In this document: piece by piece, positions 31,017-40,287 of the stretch
Position numbering within the stretch: position 1 is the stretch's first letter
How the letters are laid out: the number at the start of each line of letters is the position of its first letter
NCBI GenBank assembly: GCA_005887925.1
Contig: VBLP01000125.1
Span: 9,777-73,776 of the forward strand
Direction: 5' to 3'
Length of the DNA: 64,000 bases
From: Deltaproteobacteria bacterium
Lineage (GTDB): Bacteria; Myxococcota_A; Polyangia; Haliangiales; Haliangiaceae
Notes under the pieces: generated by a model
Database searches by the model: none
Seen by the model: the letters and a program-made list of their open reading frames with translations, nothing else
What the model was told of the DNA's origin: nothing
Translations under genes and position numbers: made by a program

Positions 31017-32481
31017 TCACCTCGACTCGAGCCACTGCAGCACGTTGTCCAGTGCCTGGGGCTCGGTGAGGGTCACCGCGGCGCCGGCTCGCGCGCGGGT
31101 CGGATCGAAGAAGTGGACCTGGGACGCCGGCGTGACCACCGCGACGAGCGCTGCGCTTGACCTGCAGGCCGACCTGGACGCCCGCGCGAATGCCCAGCAG
31201 ATCGAACGCGCCGCGCGACGCCCGCGACTGGTAGACCAGCTCGAAGCCGGTTGCGGCGAGCCGGCGCGCGATCTCGAGCTCGGCTTCATCGCCGATCACC
31301 GTCATCGGTACCACCGTGCCTCCGGGCTGGCGCCAGCGCAGCCATACGCCGAACACGGGATCCGCCAGCGACCAGCGCTGATCGTCACCGCGGGCCACCG
31401 CATCGCCGAGCCGACCGAGATAGCGCACCACGGCGCCGGACGACGCGCCGGTGCGGCGAGCGATCTCCATCGTGCGCAGCGGCCCGTCGGCCAGCGCTTC
31501 GAGCGTGGCCGCCAGCGTCGCGGAGTTGCCGACCAGCCGATCGAACTCGCGCGCGAAGTAGAGCGACAGCCGGCCGGTGCGGGTGAACAGCAGCTCCGAG
31601 TACACTTGTCGGACGTGCCCGACATCGTAAGGCGGCTCGCTGGCGGTGAGGACCTCCCCGAACAGCTGCAGATAGAACGGGTGGCCGCCGAGGATCTCGA
31701 CGGCTTGCCTGGCGAGCGGCACCGGGATTGCGCGGCCCGGCGGGGCCGCCCCGTCGAGCAGCTCTAGTGCCGCCGCCGTCGTCATGGGTCCCAGTTCCAT
31801 GAAGTCGAAGTGCTGGAAGAACGGCGAGCGCTCGCTGGTCACCAGCTGCCGCAGCACGCTGCGCTCCGAGCCACAGATGATGTACGTGGTCCGCTGGTGC
31901 CGCTGCCAGATCGCGCGCGCCACGCTCAGCACCCCGCCGCGCGACGCCGGTAGCTTCGCGAGCTCCTGGAACTCGTCCCAAGCGACCACGCAATACCGTC
32001 GGGTCGCGGTGGCGAGCCGGTCTGCCAGTCCGAGTGCGAGGTGTGCCGTCTTCGCGTTCGCGGGCAGCTCGCACAGCGACAGCAGGTCGGCGCGCAGCGC
32101 GCGGTCCAGCGTCGAGAGCTCCGGCACCTCGAGCAACGCCGCGCGATAGTCATCGGGGCGATCGGCGAGCGCCTCGAGCGACACCCCGAGATCCCGGCCG
32201 AAGAACGCGTCGACCGAACGCAGCGCCAGCCGGCGGAAGATATCGAACCCGAGCGGCTGGTCCTCGAAGCTGTCGAGCACCACGAACCGGACGTCGTCGT
32301 GGCGATTGCGCCGGACCAGCTCGAGCAGCAGGCTGGTCTTGCCGACCCGCCTCACGCCGAGCACCGCGACCCAGCGCGGGGCTCCCGCGCGCAGCTGCTC
32401 CACCCGTTGCGTCAAGGCGTTCAGCTCGGTGGTGCGATCGTGGAACGCGCCCTGGGTCACCGGCGTGCTGGTACGGAACAC
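31017..32481 (-). CDS. Archaeal-type AAA ATPase (Arch_ATPase-like) with wHTH and C-terminal PD-(D/E)xK-like nuclease module; 3' frame disruption
   Basis: ORF 30952..32718. The likely start is GTG 32481 (VFRTSTPVTQGAFHDRTTEL). Walker A is LGVRRVGKTSLLLE and Walker B is VVAWDEFQEL. The nuclease-like segment is GFELVYQSRASRGAFDLLGIRAGVQVGLQVKRS. After that the protein-like continuation (ALVAVVTPASQVHFFDPTRARAGAAVTLTEPQALDNVLQWLESR*) is in the frame of ORF 31017..31289, which ends at 31017. Confidence 0.65.
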
Positions 32482-32506
32482 CGCTGGAGCATACGGGGGG
32501 ACCTGG

Positions 32507-32591
32507 GCGCTGGCAACCTTGCCAGCTGGCAAACTTGCCAGCAGCAATCTTGCCAGCAGCAACCTTGCCAGCTGGCAACCTTGCCAGCGCC
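32507..32591. repeat. Tandem array of 15-16 bp units CTTGCCAGC(T/A)GCAA(N), with embedded 14-bp palindromes TTGCCAGCTGGCAA
   Basis: Units lie at 32518-32533, 32534-32548, 32549-32563 and 32564-32579, with a partial unit at 32580-32591 and a half-site GCTGGCAAC at 32509-32517. Units 1 and 4 carry the perfect palindrome. The array fills the gap between the stop of the upstream gene (32592) and the ATPase start (32481). Confidence 0.9.
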
Positions 32592-33494
32592 TCACCACCA
32601 GCGGCCGAGCGCGCGGGCGAACGGGGCCGCCAGGCGCGCGACCTTGGCGGCGCCGATCCGCATCTCGGCGAACGGCTCGAACGGGTCGGCGAGCAGATCG
32701 CGGCGGACCTCGACGCACAGCGCGCGGCCGGGGCGCGCCATCACGTGGCCCCAGGCCAGCGTGCTGGGGTGGAGCGGATAGGTCGCGCTGTCGGCGACGG
32801 CGATGCCCAGGCCGGCGAGCTCGGCGCGCAGCGCGTCGACGACGGCCGCCGGCGCGCGGCGGGTGCCATCGAGCTCGCGGCCGATCACGTCGACCTCGGG
32901 CCGCAGCGGCCAGCTCGGCTCGCGATCGGGCAGGTAGGCGCGCCGCAGGTTGTCGACGATCTGGAGGTCGACCTCGACGTCGACGGTGCGGGGCGCGTAG
33001 CTGTGGAGCAGGAGCAGCGCGCCCTCGGGCGCGAGCTGCGCGGTCACCTCGCCGACGGCGGCGACGTAGCGGTCGTAGGCGGCTCGCAGCAGCGCGCGGT
33101 CCTCGGTGGTGGTGATCCAGGGCATGAGCCCGGGGGTCACCTTGCCAGCCTGGAAGTCAGCGGGCGCGGCGTCGATCCGGCGGTTGCAGTCGATGAACGT
33201 GCGCGGGATGCGGCAGCGCAGGACACAGACCGACCGCGCGGGCGCGTCGGCGACCAACCGCTCGGCGATCGCCTGGCCGAGCTCCGGCGCCCCGGCGTCG
33301 GTGTTGACGTGAAAGAACTCGACGAGACCGTCGGGCAGCGGGCTGGTCAGCCGCGCCGCCAGCGCCGTGAAGTCGGCGGTGGCGGTGGCGCCGTGCGGGA
33401 TCTCGATCACCAGGTCGAGCGCGGCCTCCGGCCGAGCTCCGGCACCGCGGACCAGTGTCACATCGAGGATCCCGGGGAGCGAGGAGGGCGGCAT
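32592..33494 (-). CDS. N-formylglutamate amidohydrolase-family protein (FGase-like)
   Basis: 300 aa. LDLVIEIPHGATATAD and LLLLHSYAPRTVD resemble the FGase metal-binding pattern. The assignment is by motif resemblance only. Confidence 0.5.
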   Translation of the reverse strand: MPPSSLPGILDVTLVRGAGARPEAALDLVIEIPHGATATADFTALAARLTSPLPDGLVEFFHVNTDAGAPELGQAIAERLVADAPARSVCVLRCRIPRTFIDCNRRIDAAPADFQAGKVTPGLMPWITTTEDRALLRAAYDRYVAAVGEVTAQLAPEGALLLLHSYAPRTVDVEVDLQIVDNLRRAYLPDREPSWPLRPEVDVIGRELDGTRRAPAAVVDALRAELAGLGIAVADSATYPLHPSTLAWGHVMARPGRALCVEVRRDLLADPFEPFAEMRIGAAKVARLAAPFARALGRWW

Positions 33495-33610
33495 GGCTGA
33501 TTCGAGGCGGACCCGGCGACGTTAGACGCCTGCACGGGCGGCGGCAACGTCCGGCGCTGCTCGCGTGACCGCGCTCGACGGCCGTCCGCGCTGCGGTAAC
33601 AATCTGTACG

Positions 33611-36325
33611 ATGGCGATCGCGGGATGCCTGGCACGTGCGCACGGAATGCGCGCGCTCGCGGTCTGCGCGGCGCTGGCCGGATGCGGCCGGCCCGACGTG
33701 CCGGCGGCGGTGCGCGGCCCCGGCCGTCCGGCCGCGCCGGCGATCGCCGTGGCCGATGCCGGCGCGATGGTCCCGGCCACCGCGGCCGCCGCGGACGCAG
33801 GCAGCGCCGCAGCCGCCGACGCGGGCAGCGCCGTCGCCGCCGGGTTGCGGCTCGGCGAGGACGCCGCGCCGGTCGCCTACGACCTGACGCTCGATCTCGA
33901 TCCCGATCGCGCGACGTTCACCGGCCACGTCGCGATCACGATCGCCGTCGCGGCGCCGGTGACGCGGCTGTGGCTGCACGCGGTCGATCTCGACATCGCG
34001 AGCGCTCGCCTGCAGAGCGTCGGCGGCGATGCACCGGCGGCCGTGATCCCCGGCAGCGACGGCTCGGAGATGCTCGGCTTCGCGCCGCCGCATCCGATCG
34101 ACGCGGGAACCGCCGTGCTGGTGATCGACTACACCGGGCGCGTCGCCGACCTCAGCCGTCACGCCGGCAAGGACGAGCAGGGCCTGTTCCGCGAGCGCGC
34201 CGGCGGCCGGTGGTACCTGTACTCGCAGGCCGAGTCGGTGTTCGCGCGCCGGATCGTGCCGTGCTTCGACGAGCCGCGGTGGAAGCCGCGATGGCGGCTG
34301 ACGGCGATCGTGCCACGCGGGCTGGCCGCGCTCGGCAACGCGGCGGTCGCCGCGGAGCGCGAGCTGCCCGATCACCGGCGCGAGGTCCAGTTCGCCGAGA
34401 TCGCGGCGCTGCCGAGCTACCTGTTCGCGGTCGCGGTGGGGCCGTTCGAGCTGGTCGACGCCGGCCGGCTCGGCGACGGCCACATCCCGGCCCGGCTCGC
34501 GGTCGCCGCCGGCGACGGCAAGCGCGCGGCGCTCGCGCTGCGCGAGCTGCCCAGGATCGTCGACGCGCTCGAGCGCTACATCGCCGCGCCGCTGCCGCTG
34601 GCCAAGCTCGATCTCGTCGCGGTCCCCGAGTTCTTCGGCGCGATGGAGAACCCCGGGCTGATCACGTTCCAGACCGGCGTGCTGGTCGGCGGCCGCGACT
34701 TCACGCGGATCGCCGCGCACGAGCTCGCGCACCAGTGGTTCGGCAACGCCGTCACGCCGGCGTGGTGGGACGCGCTGTGGCTGTCCGAGGCGTTCGCGAG
34801 CTGGCTCGGCGATCGCGTCACCGGCTCGCTCACCACACGGATCCCGGCGCTGGCCCACCGCGGGCGGCTCGCCGCGCTCGAGGCCGATGACCGGATCGAC
34901 GCCGAGGCGCTGATCCATCCGGTGGCGACGTCGGGGGAGGTCGAGCCGGCGTTCGACGCGATCCTCTACGACAAGGGCGCCGCGGTGCTCGCGATGTTCG
35001 AGCGCTTCGTCGGCCGGGACACGTTCCAGGCCGCCGTGCGCAGCTACCTGGCGACGTACACCGGGCGCTCGGTGACGACGCGGCAGTTCCTCGACGCGCT
35101 CGGCGCCGCGGCGCGGCCGGCCGTGGCCGAGGCGCTGGCCTCGAACCTGCGCTACGCCGGCACGCCGGCGGTCGAGCTCTCGCTGCGCTGCGGCGCCGCG
35201 CCGGCCCTCGTCGCCTCGGCGCGCGACCGCGTCGCCGTGCCGGTGTGCGTCCGGTTCCCCGCGGCCTCCGGCGGGGCCGCGACGCAATGCGTGCTCGCCG
35301 GGTCTGCCACCGTGCATCCGCTGCCCGCGGCGACGGGCTGTCCGGCGTGGCTGATCGGCAACGATGGCGGCCTGGGCTACTACCGCACGGTGTGGCGCGG
35401 CCCGGTCCGGCTCGCGCCGCTCGCGCTGCTGTCGCCCGACGAGCAGCTCGCGCGCGCCGACGACGTCGCGTTCGCGGTCCGGCGCGGGGAGCTCGCCGCC
35501 GCCGAAGCGCTGACCGAGCTCGCCGCGTTCGCCGCGCTGCGCGAGCCGCACGCGACGCTCGCGGCGCTCGAGATCGCCGGCGCGATCGATGCCATGGTCG
35601 GCGATCCGGTGCGGCCGGCGTGGACGAGCTGGCTCGCCGGGCAGCTCGGCCATCGCATGACCCGCGACGCGCTCCTCGCGCCGCCGCGCTCGGTGGCCGA
35701 GTACATCGCGCGCGCCCAGATCGTCGAGCTGGTGCGGGGCGAGATCGATCCCGACGTGGTCGCGGAGGCGCGCGCCCGGATCGATCGCCTCGGCGACGTC
35801 GCCGGCGATCCGGCGCGGCTCCGGATCGCCGCGGCCCGCGACGCCGGCGCGCTGTTCGAGCGCCTGGTCCGCGCCGCGGCCACCGTGCGGACCGGCCAGG
35901 CCCGCGACCAGGCGCTCGAGGCGCTCGGCGACTTCCCCGCGCCGCTCGCGCCGCGCGTCGTCGACGTGCTGCTCGACGCGCGGTTCCCCACCGATCGCGT
36001 GTGGCCGGCGGTCGCTACGATGCTGGCGCGCGGCGAGACCCGGTCGGCGGCGTGGCGCGCGCTCCACGCCCGGTTCGCGCGCGTGCTGGCGGCGCTGCCC
36101 CCGGCCCGCGCGCGAGACGCGCTCGAAGCGCTCGCCGGGCTGTGCGATCCCGGAGCGCGCGCCGAGCTCGCCGCCGACGCCGCGCCGGTGGTCCCGGCGG
36201 CCGGCGATGCCCGCCGCACCCTCGATCGCACGCTCGCGGTGATCGATCGCTGCGTCGCCCGCCGCGCCATGGTCGGCGACATCGCGGCCGCGCTCGCGGC
36301 GGTGCCCCGCGCGTCCGGGCTTTGA
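33611..36325 (+). CDS. M1-family zinc aminopeptidase (aminopeptidase N-like) lipoprotein
   Basis: GAMENPGLITF exopeptidase motif, and HELAHQWFGNAVTPAWWDALWLSEAF (HExxH-x18-E). The lipobox is MRALAVCAALAGCG, so the true start may be ATG 33647. Confidence 0.9.
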   Translation: MAIAGCLARAHGMRALAVCAALAGCGRPDVPAAVRGPGRPAAPAIAVADAGAMVPATAAAADAGSAAAADAGSAVAAGLRLGEDAAPVAYDLTLDLDPDRATFTGHVAITIAVAAPVTRLWLHAVDLDIASARLQSVGGDAPAAVIPGSDGSEMLGFAPPHPIDAGTAVLVIDYTGRVADLSRHAGKDEQGLFRERAGGRWYLYSQAESVFARRIVPCFDEPRWKPRWRLTAIVPRGLAALGNAAVAAERELPDHRREVQFAEIAALPSYLFAVAVGPFELVDAGRLGDGHIPARLAVAAGDGKRAALALRELPRIVDALERYIAAPLPLAKLDLVAVPEFFGAMENPGLITFQTGVLVGGRDFTRIAAHELAHQWFGNAVTPAWWDALWLSEAFASWLGDRVTGSLTTRIPALAHRGRLAALEADDRIDAEALIHPVATSGEVEPAFDAILYDKGAAVLAMFERFVGRDTFQAAVRSYLATYTGRSVTTRQFLDALGAAARPAVAEALASNLRYAGTPAVELSLRCGAAPALVASARDRVAVPVCVRFPAASGGAATQCVLAGSATVHPLPAATGCPAWLIGNDGGLGYYRTVWRGPVRLAPLALLSPDEQLARADDVAFAVRRGELAAAEALTELAAFAALREPHATLAALEIAGAIDAMVGDPVRPAWTSWLAGQLGHRMTRDALLAPPRSVAEYIARAQIVELVRGEIDPDVVAEARARIDRLGDVAGDPARLRIAAARDAGALFERLVRAAATVRTGQARDQALEALGDFPAPLAPRVVDVLLDARFPTDRVWPAVATMLARGETRSAAWRALHARFARVLAALPPARARDALEALAGLCDPGARAELAADAAPVVPAAGDARRTLDRTLAVIDRCVARRAMVGDIAAALAAVPRASGL

Positions 36326-36406
36326 CACCGCCGCGGCGAATCGGTTCCCGGCGATGTGCGCCGCGGCCGGCTGCAACGCGGCGGCCGCACCCGTGTCCTC
36401 TTCCTC

Positions 36407-36913
36407 ATGGCGCAGGCCCTCGGAACCTCCGACAAGAAGTCGGTCAACGTCGATCTCAACATCATCCCGTTCATCGACCTGATGAGCTGCATCACGGCCT
36501 TCCTGATGGTGACCGCGGTGTGGATCAACATCGCGCAGCTCGAGATCCGGCCGGCCGGCCACGCGCGCGACGCGCCGCCGTGCGTCGAGATCGACTGCGA
36601 CCCCCCCAAGCTCTCGGTGCTGATCGAGGCCGATGACATCTGGGTCGGCGTGTCGCGCGTCAACGACTTCCAGAAGCTGCCCAAGATCCAGACCGGCTAC
36701 GACTGGACCGGCCTCGAGACCGCGCTCCGGGCCCACAAGGCCTCGGCGTTCTTCGAGCGCGTCAGCAACATCGAGATCGCGGCCGACAGCACGGCCGCGC
36801 ACCCGATCGCGTACCAGGAGCTGATCGCGGCGATGGACACCGCGGTCAAGGCCGGCTTCATCGACGTCGGGATCACCGACCCGCAGGGGCTGTCGGCGCG
36901 CCCGGTGCTGTGA
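36407..36913 (+). CDS. ExbD/TolR-family protein (orphan paralogue)
   Basis: ORF 36356..36913 trimmed to ATG 36407. VNVDLNIIPFIDLMSCITAFLMVTAV carries the conserved TM Asp. About 60% identical, by manual alignment, to the ExbD at 40288..40791. Confidence 0.8.
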   Translation: MAQALGTSDKKSVNVDLNIIPFIDLMSCITAFLMVTAVWINIAQLEIRPAGHARDAPPCVEIDCDPPKLSVLIEADDIWVGVSRVNDFQKLPKIQTGYDWTGLETALRAHKASAFFERVSNIEIAADSTAAHPIAYQELIAAMDTAVKAGFIDVGITDPQGLSARPVL

Positions 36914-37485
36914 CCGGTCCGAACCGGCGGCCGTGCCACGCCGGCAGCTCGGCCATGGTGGTGAGCACGACGTCGGCATCGCCGAGCGCCTCGGCCGGAT
37001 CGCTGCCGGTCGCGACCGCGCACGCGATCGCGTCGCACGCCCGCGCCGCGCGGATGTCGTGCACGGTGTCGCCGACGACCACGACCTCGCGGAGGTCGGC
37101 GCGGTGCCGGGCGCGCGCGATCGCCGCCGCCACCAGATCGGCGCGCAGGTGCGAGTCCGAGCCGTAGCCGCCGAGGGCGAAGTATCCGGCCAGGCCCGCT
37201 GCCGCGAGCTTGGCGTCGGCGCCGGCGCGCACGTTGCCGGTCGCGACGCCCAGCATCACGTCGGGCCGCGCCGCGAGCCAGGCCAGCGCATCGGCCACAC
37301 CGGCGAGCACCTCGACGCCTTAACAGCTCGTCGATCAGCGCCGGATCGGTCTTGCCGCCGAACCGCATGCCCTCGCACGCGCGCTCGATGCCGTGGTGAT
37401 CGGCGAACACCGCGTCGAACGCCCGCGCTCCCGAGCGCCGCGCGTGGAGCAGCGTGCCGTCGATATCGAACAGGTAGAGGATCAC
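36873..37485 (-). CDS. HAD-superfamily phosphatase, reading frame broken near 37318-37322
   Basis: The N-terminal motif I (ILYLFDIDGTLLHARRSGARAF...GGKTDPALIDELL) starts at GTG 37485 and lies in the frame of ORF 36697..38175. Motifs II-IV (VEVLAGVADALAWL...MLGVATGN...VVVGDTVHDIRAA) are in the frame of ORF 36873..37310. The junction is at GAGCTGTTAAGGCGTC. Confidence 0.7.
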
Positions 37486-38630
37486 TTCTTGGGCGGCGCA
37501 GCCGGGGCCGCGGCCGGCGGGGCGCCCTTGGGCGGCGCGGCCTTGGGCGCCGTCTGTGGGTGCTTCTCCGCCCAGCGCTGCGCCGCGTCGAGCAGGCCAT
37601 CGAAGGTGTCGCGCATCGCCCAGGCCTTCTCCTTGTATGTCGTCAGCCCGTTGGCGCGCAAAAGGCCATCGCCGAACGCGCTGCGCACGCCGTTGCACGC
37701 GGCGTCGCGCTCGAACTTGAGCGCGGTGCCCTCGTAGATCCGGTAGCAGGCCTCGTGCTTGCCGTCGTTGTACAGCGGCGCGCCGTTCTCGATCGCCTCG
37801 CCGATCTGGCGCACCAGGTCCGCGATCTCCTCGAGCTTGCAGCCGTCGAACACGGTGATCTCGTGGACCGGGACGCGGCGCACGATGCGCACGTTGTCGT
37901 CGGACTGGTTCGGCCGCTCGCTGGCCCGCGTCGCCTTGGCGAACTGGTCGGGCGACAGCGCCGCGTTCTGCCGGAACAGCGGCTTGAGGTAGTTGCCCGG
38001 CACGGCGAAGTTGAGGTTCTGGCCGATCAGGATGATCCGTGTGGTCACGCCGACCACCTCGCCGAACTGGTTGAACAGCGGGCCGCCGCTCGAGCCCGGC
38101 GAGATCGCCGCCGAGATCTGCAGGACCTTGAACTCCTTGGGACAGTTGCCCGCGGCGAGGTCCTCGGGCGGGCACGCCTGCCGCACCGACGAGATCAACC
38201 CGCTGGTGACCGTGTAGTCCAGGCCGAGCGGGTTGCCGATCGTCACGATCTGATCGCCGGGCGACACCGCGTCGCTGTCGCCGAGCTTGAGCGTCTGCAG
38301 CGCCTTGGTCGGCTGGATCTTGAGCAGCGCGAGATCGCGATCCGGATCGACCCCCGAGATCTGCATCACCGGGTACTGCGAGCCGTCGTACATCCGCACC
38401 TTGATCGCCGACTCGCCCGCCACGACGTGCAGGTTGGTCGCGACCACGCCGGTCTTGTCGACGATGAAGCCGGTGCCGATCTTGTCGATGCCGGCCTCGA
38501 TCCGGACGATCGCGGGGCTCGCCCGCTGTACGATGTCCTTGGCCGTCAGCGGCGCGCGCGCCGCCTTGCCCACCGTACCGGCACAGGAGGCGACGAGCGC
38601 CAGGACGGTGACCAGGCGGAGGCGGCGCAT
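37482..38630 (-). CDS. Trypsin-like serine protease (S1C/HtrA-like, no PDZ) lipoprotein with C-terminal helical domain
   Basis: Lipobox LVTVLALVASCAG. His, Asp and Ser contexts are VVATNLHVV, DRDLALLKI and ISPGSSGGPLFN. The stop overlaps the HAD start (GTGA). Confidence 0.85.
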   Translation of the reverse strand: MRRLRLVTVLALVASCAGTVGKAARAPLTAKDIVQRASPAIVRIEAGIDKIGTGFIVDKTGVVATNLHVVAGESAIKVRMYDGSQYPVMQISGVDPDRDLALLKIQPTKALQTLKLGDSDAVSPGDQIVTIGNPLGLDYTVTSGLISSVRQACPPEDLAAGNCPKEFKVLQISAAISPGSSGGPLFNQFGEVVGVTTRIILIGQNLNFAVPGNYLKPLFRQNAALSPDQFAKATRASERPNQSDDNVRIVRRVPVHEITVFDGCKLEEIADLVRQIGEAIENGAPLYNDGKHEACYRIYEGTALKFERDAACNGVRSAFGDGLLRANGLTTYKEKAWAMRDTFDGLLDAAQRWAEKHPQTAPKAAPPKGAPPAAAPAAPPKK

Positions 38631-38736
38631 GCGCGGATCATAGCCCGGGAGTCTGGCGCCTGCACACCGCGGTACGTGTTACGGAAGGTTGCTGCCGGCC
38701 GGTGCCTCGGCGCGGGCACGGGAGCACGCGACCGGG

Positions 38737-39345
38737 TCAGGGCGACGGCCGATCCGGACCGTTGCTGCCGGGGCCCGACGGAGGCGCGCCGCGCTCGACG
38801 TCGTGACCGCCGACGTGGATCCGGTGCAGCGCGCGCTCGCCGGCCATGCGGAAGCCCTCCGGATCGCGGCGCGGGTCGATGCCCGAGGCGACGCCCGCTT
38901 CCAGCTGGTCCTGGTACAGCGTCATGCGGCTCTTCTCCCAGCTCGGGCAGGCCGCCTCGTGGTCCTTGCAGGCCGCCAGCGCGCGGTGGGCGTAGTCGAG
39001 GGCCGGTACCGCGTCGTTTCGCCCCGCGAGCGCGACCGACGCCGCGAGCAGGGCGCGCCACCGGGTCGGCGACTGCCGGGCGCGCGCGGCGCCGCGCACC
39101 GCGGTCTCGATCGCCCAGTCGGTCTCGCCCGCCGCGGCGAGCCGCCGCGACAGGTCGTCGATCGCCGCGCCGTCCTGCGGATGGGCGATCGTCCGCGCCT
39201 CGGCCAGCGCGAGCCCGAACCGCTCGGCGTCGGAGCCACCATGCGCCGAGCCCGCGTACATCTCGCGCGCCGGCAGCGCCAGGGTCACCAGCACGACCGT
39301 GGCGACGCCGAGATCGATGATGCCCACGAAGCGCGAGAACTGCAT
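38737..39345 (-). CDS. Hypothetical membrane-anchored protein
   Basis: This is the 3' 203 codons of ORF 38737..40707, from ATG 39345 (MQFSRFVGIIDLGVATVVLVTLALP). The composition is ordinary, whereas the upstream part of that ORF is antisense to the exbB/exbD genes. Confidence 0.5.
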   Translation of the reverse strand: MQFSRFVGIIDLGVATVVLVTLALPAREMYAGSAHGGSDAERFGLALAEARTIAHPQDGAAIDDLSRRLAAAGETDWAIETAVRGAARARQSPTRWRALLAASVALAGRNDAVPALDYAHRALAACKDHEAACPSWEKSRMTLYQDQLEAGVASGIDPRRDPEGFRMAGERALHRIHVGGHDVERGAPPSGPGSNGPDRPSP

Positions 39346-39490
39346 GTCTTCTAAGACAGTACCAGTCGCCACAAGTTCCCACGTAGTCGCGAACAGCGGC
39401 GTAGCATTTCGCCTCGAGGCGTCCCGAGATGCTACGGCGCAAAGCCGTATCTCTGTTGCACAACGGCAAGCATCTCGGTCGGTTGCGCCG

Positions 39491-39506
39491 TGGATCTGGC
39501 CTTGCA
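39491..39506 (+). promoter_or_regulatory. Candidate sigma54 (-24/-12) promoter upstream of the ExbB-like gene
   Basis: TGGATCTGGCCTTGCA has GG and TTGC at the canonical TGGCAC-N5-TTGC spacing, 62 nt upstream of ATG 39568. Chance matches are expected in 64 kb of GC-rich DNA, so this is tentative. Confidence 0.3.
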
Positions 39507-39567
39507 TTTCCGCCACGCCCAGACCTGCACCACTCGCACCCCGATCCGGGCATCGGAGAGGAAGTTC

Positions 39568-40209
39568 ATGCTGACTACTATCTCGACACGGTTCCATCAG
39601 GGCGGCCCCGGCATGTGGCCCATCCTGTTCACCTCGGTGGTCACGATCGCGATCATCGTGGAGCGCGCGATCTATCTGTTCCGCTCGTCGGTCGACAAGG
39701 ACAAGCTGCTCGCGCTGCTCAAGAGCCAGGTGATGAGCGGCAACGTGCAGGGCGCGATCAAGGTGTGCTCGGGCAACCCGACGCCGATGACCCGTATCGT
39801 GCAGGCAGGTCTGATGAAGTTCAACAAGAGCGACGAGGAGGTCCAGGCCGCGATGGACGAGGCCGCGCTGCGCGAGCTGCCCAAGATCAACGCGCGCACC
39901 CCGTACCTGGCGATGACCGCGAACTTCGCCGTCATGGCGGGTCTGCTCGGCACGATCGGCGGCATGATCGGCTCGTTCAGCTCCGTCGGCGCGGCCGAGA
40001 GCGGCAACAAGGCGACCGAGCTCGCGACCGGCATCTCCGAGGCGCTCAACTGCACGTTCTTCGGCATCTTCACCTCGCTGGTCGGCCTGCTCGGGTTCTC
40101 GCTCTTGCAGGGCAAGACCACCCACGTGGTCGACGACATCAACGAGGTCACGGTCCAGGTCGTCAACCTCGTGACGTCGCATCGCGCACAGATGCAGCCG
40201 CAGGCCTAG
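39568..40209 (+). CDS. MotA/TolQ/ExbB-family proton-channel protein
   Basis: ORF 39490..40209 trimmed to ATG 39568 (GGAGAGGAAG upstream). There are three TM helices. The signature is YLAMTANFAVMAGLLGTIGGMIGSF...GISEALNCTFFGIFTSLVGLL. Confidence 0.88.
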   Translation: MLTTISTRFHQGGPGMWPILFTSVVTIAIIVERAIYLFRSSVDKDKLLALLKSQVMSGNVQGAIKVCSGNPTPMTRIVQAGLMKFNKSDEEVQAAMDEAALRELPKINARTPYLAMTANFAVMAGLLGTIGGMIGSFSSVGAAESGNKATELATGISEALNCTFFGIFTSLVGLLGFSLLQGKTTHVVDDINEVTVQVVNLVTSHRAQMQPQA

Positions 40210-40287
40210 GTCCCTCGCGTTGTCCATCCACCGGCTACCGCCCGGCCCGGTCCGGCACTGCTCCGGCACTGCTAGCGAGGAGTCCCC

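Noticed and set aside
32507-32591. Possibility that the 15-16 bp tandem repeats are a CRISPR array.
   Set aside because: The units are contiguous with no spacers and far shorter than CRISPR repeats. No cas genes are present in the window.
32507-32591. Sigma54 promoter-like strings inside the repeat array (TGGCAA(A/G)NTTGC).
   Set aside because: The GG-to-GC distance is 3 nt shorter than the -24/-12 consensus (TGGCAC-N5-TTGC), so the resemblance is probably incidental to the palindrome.
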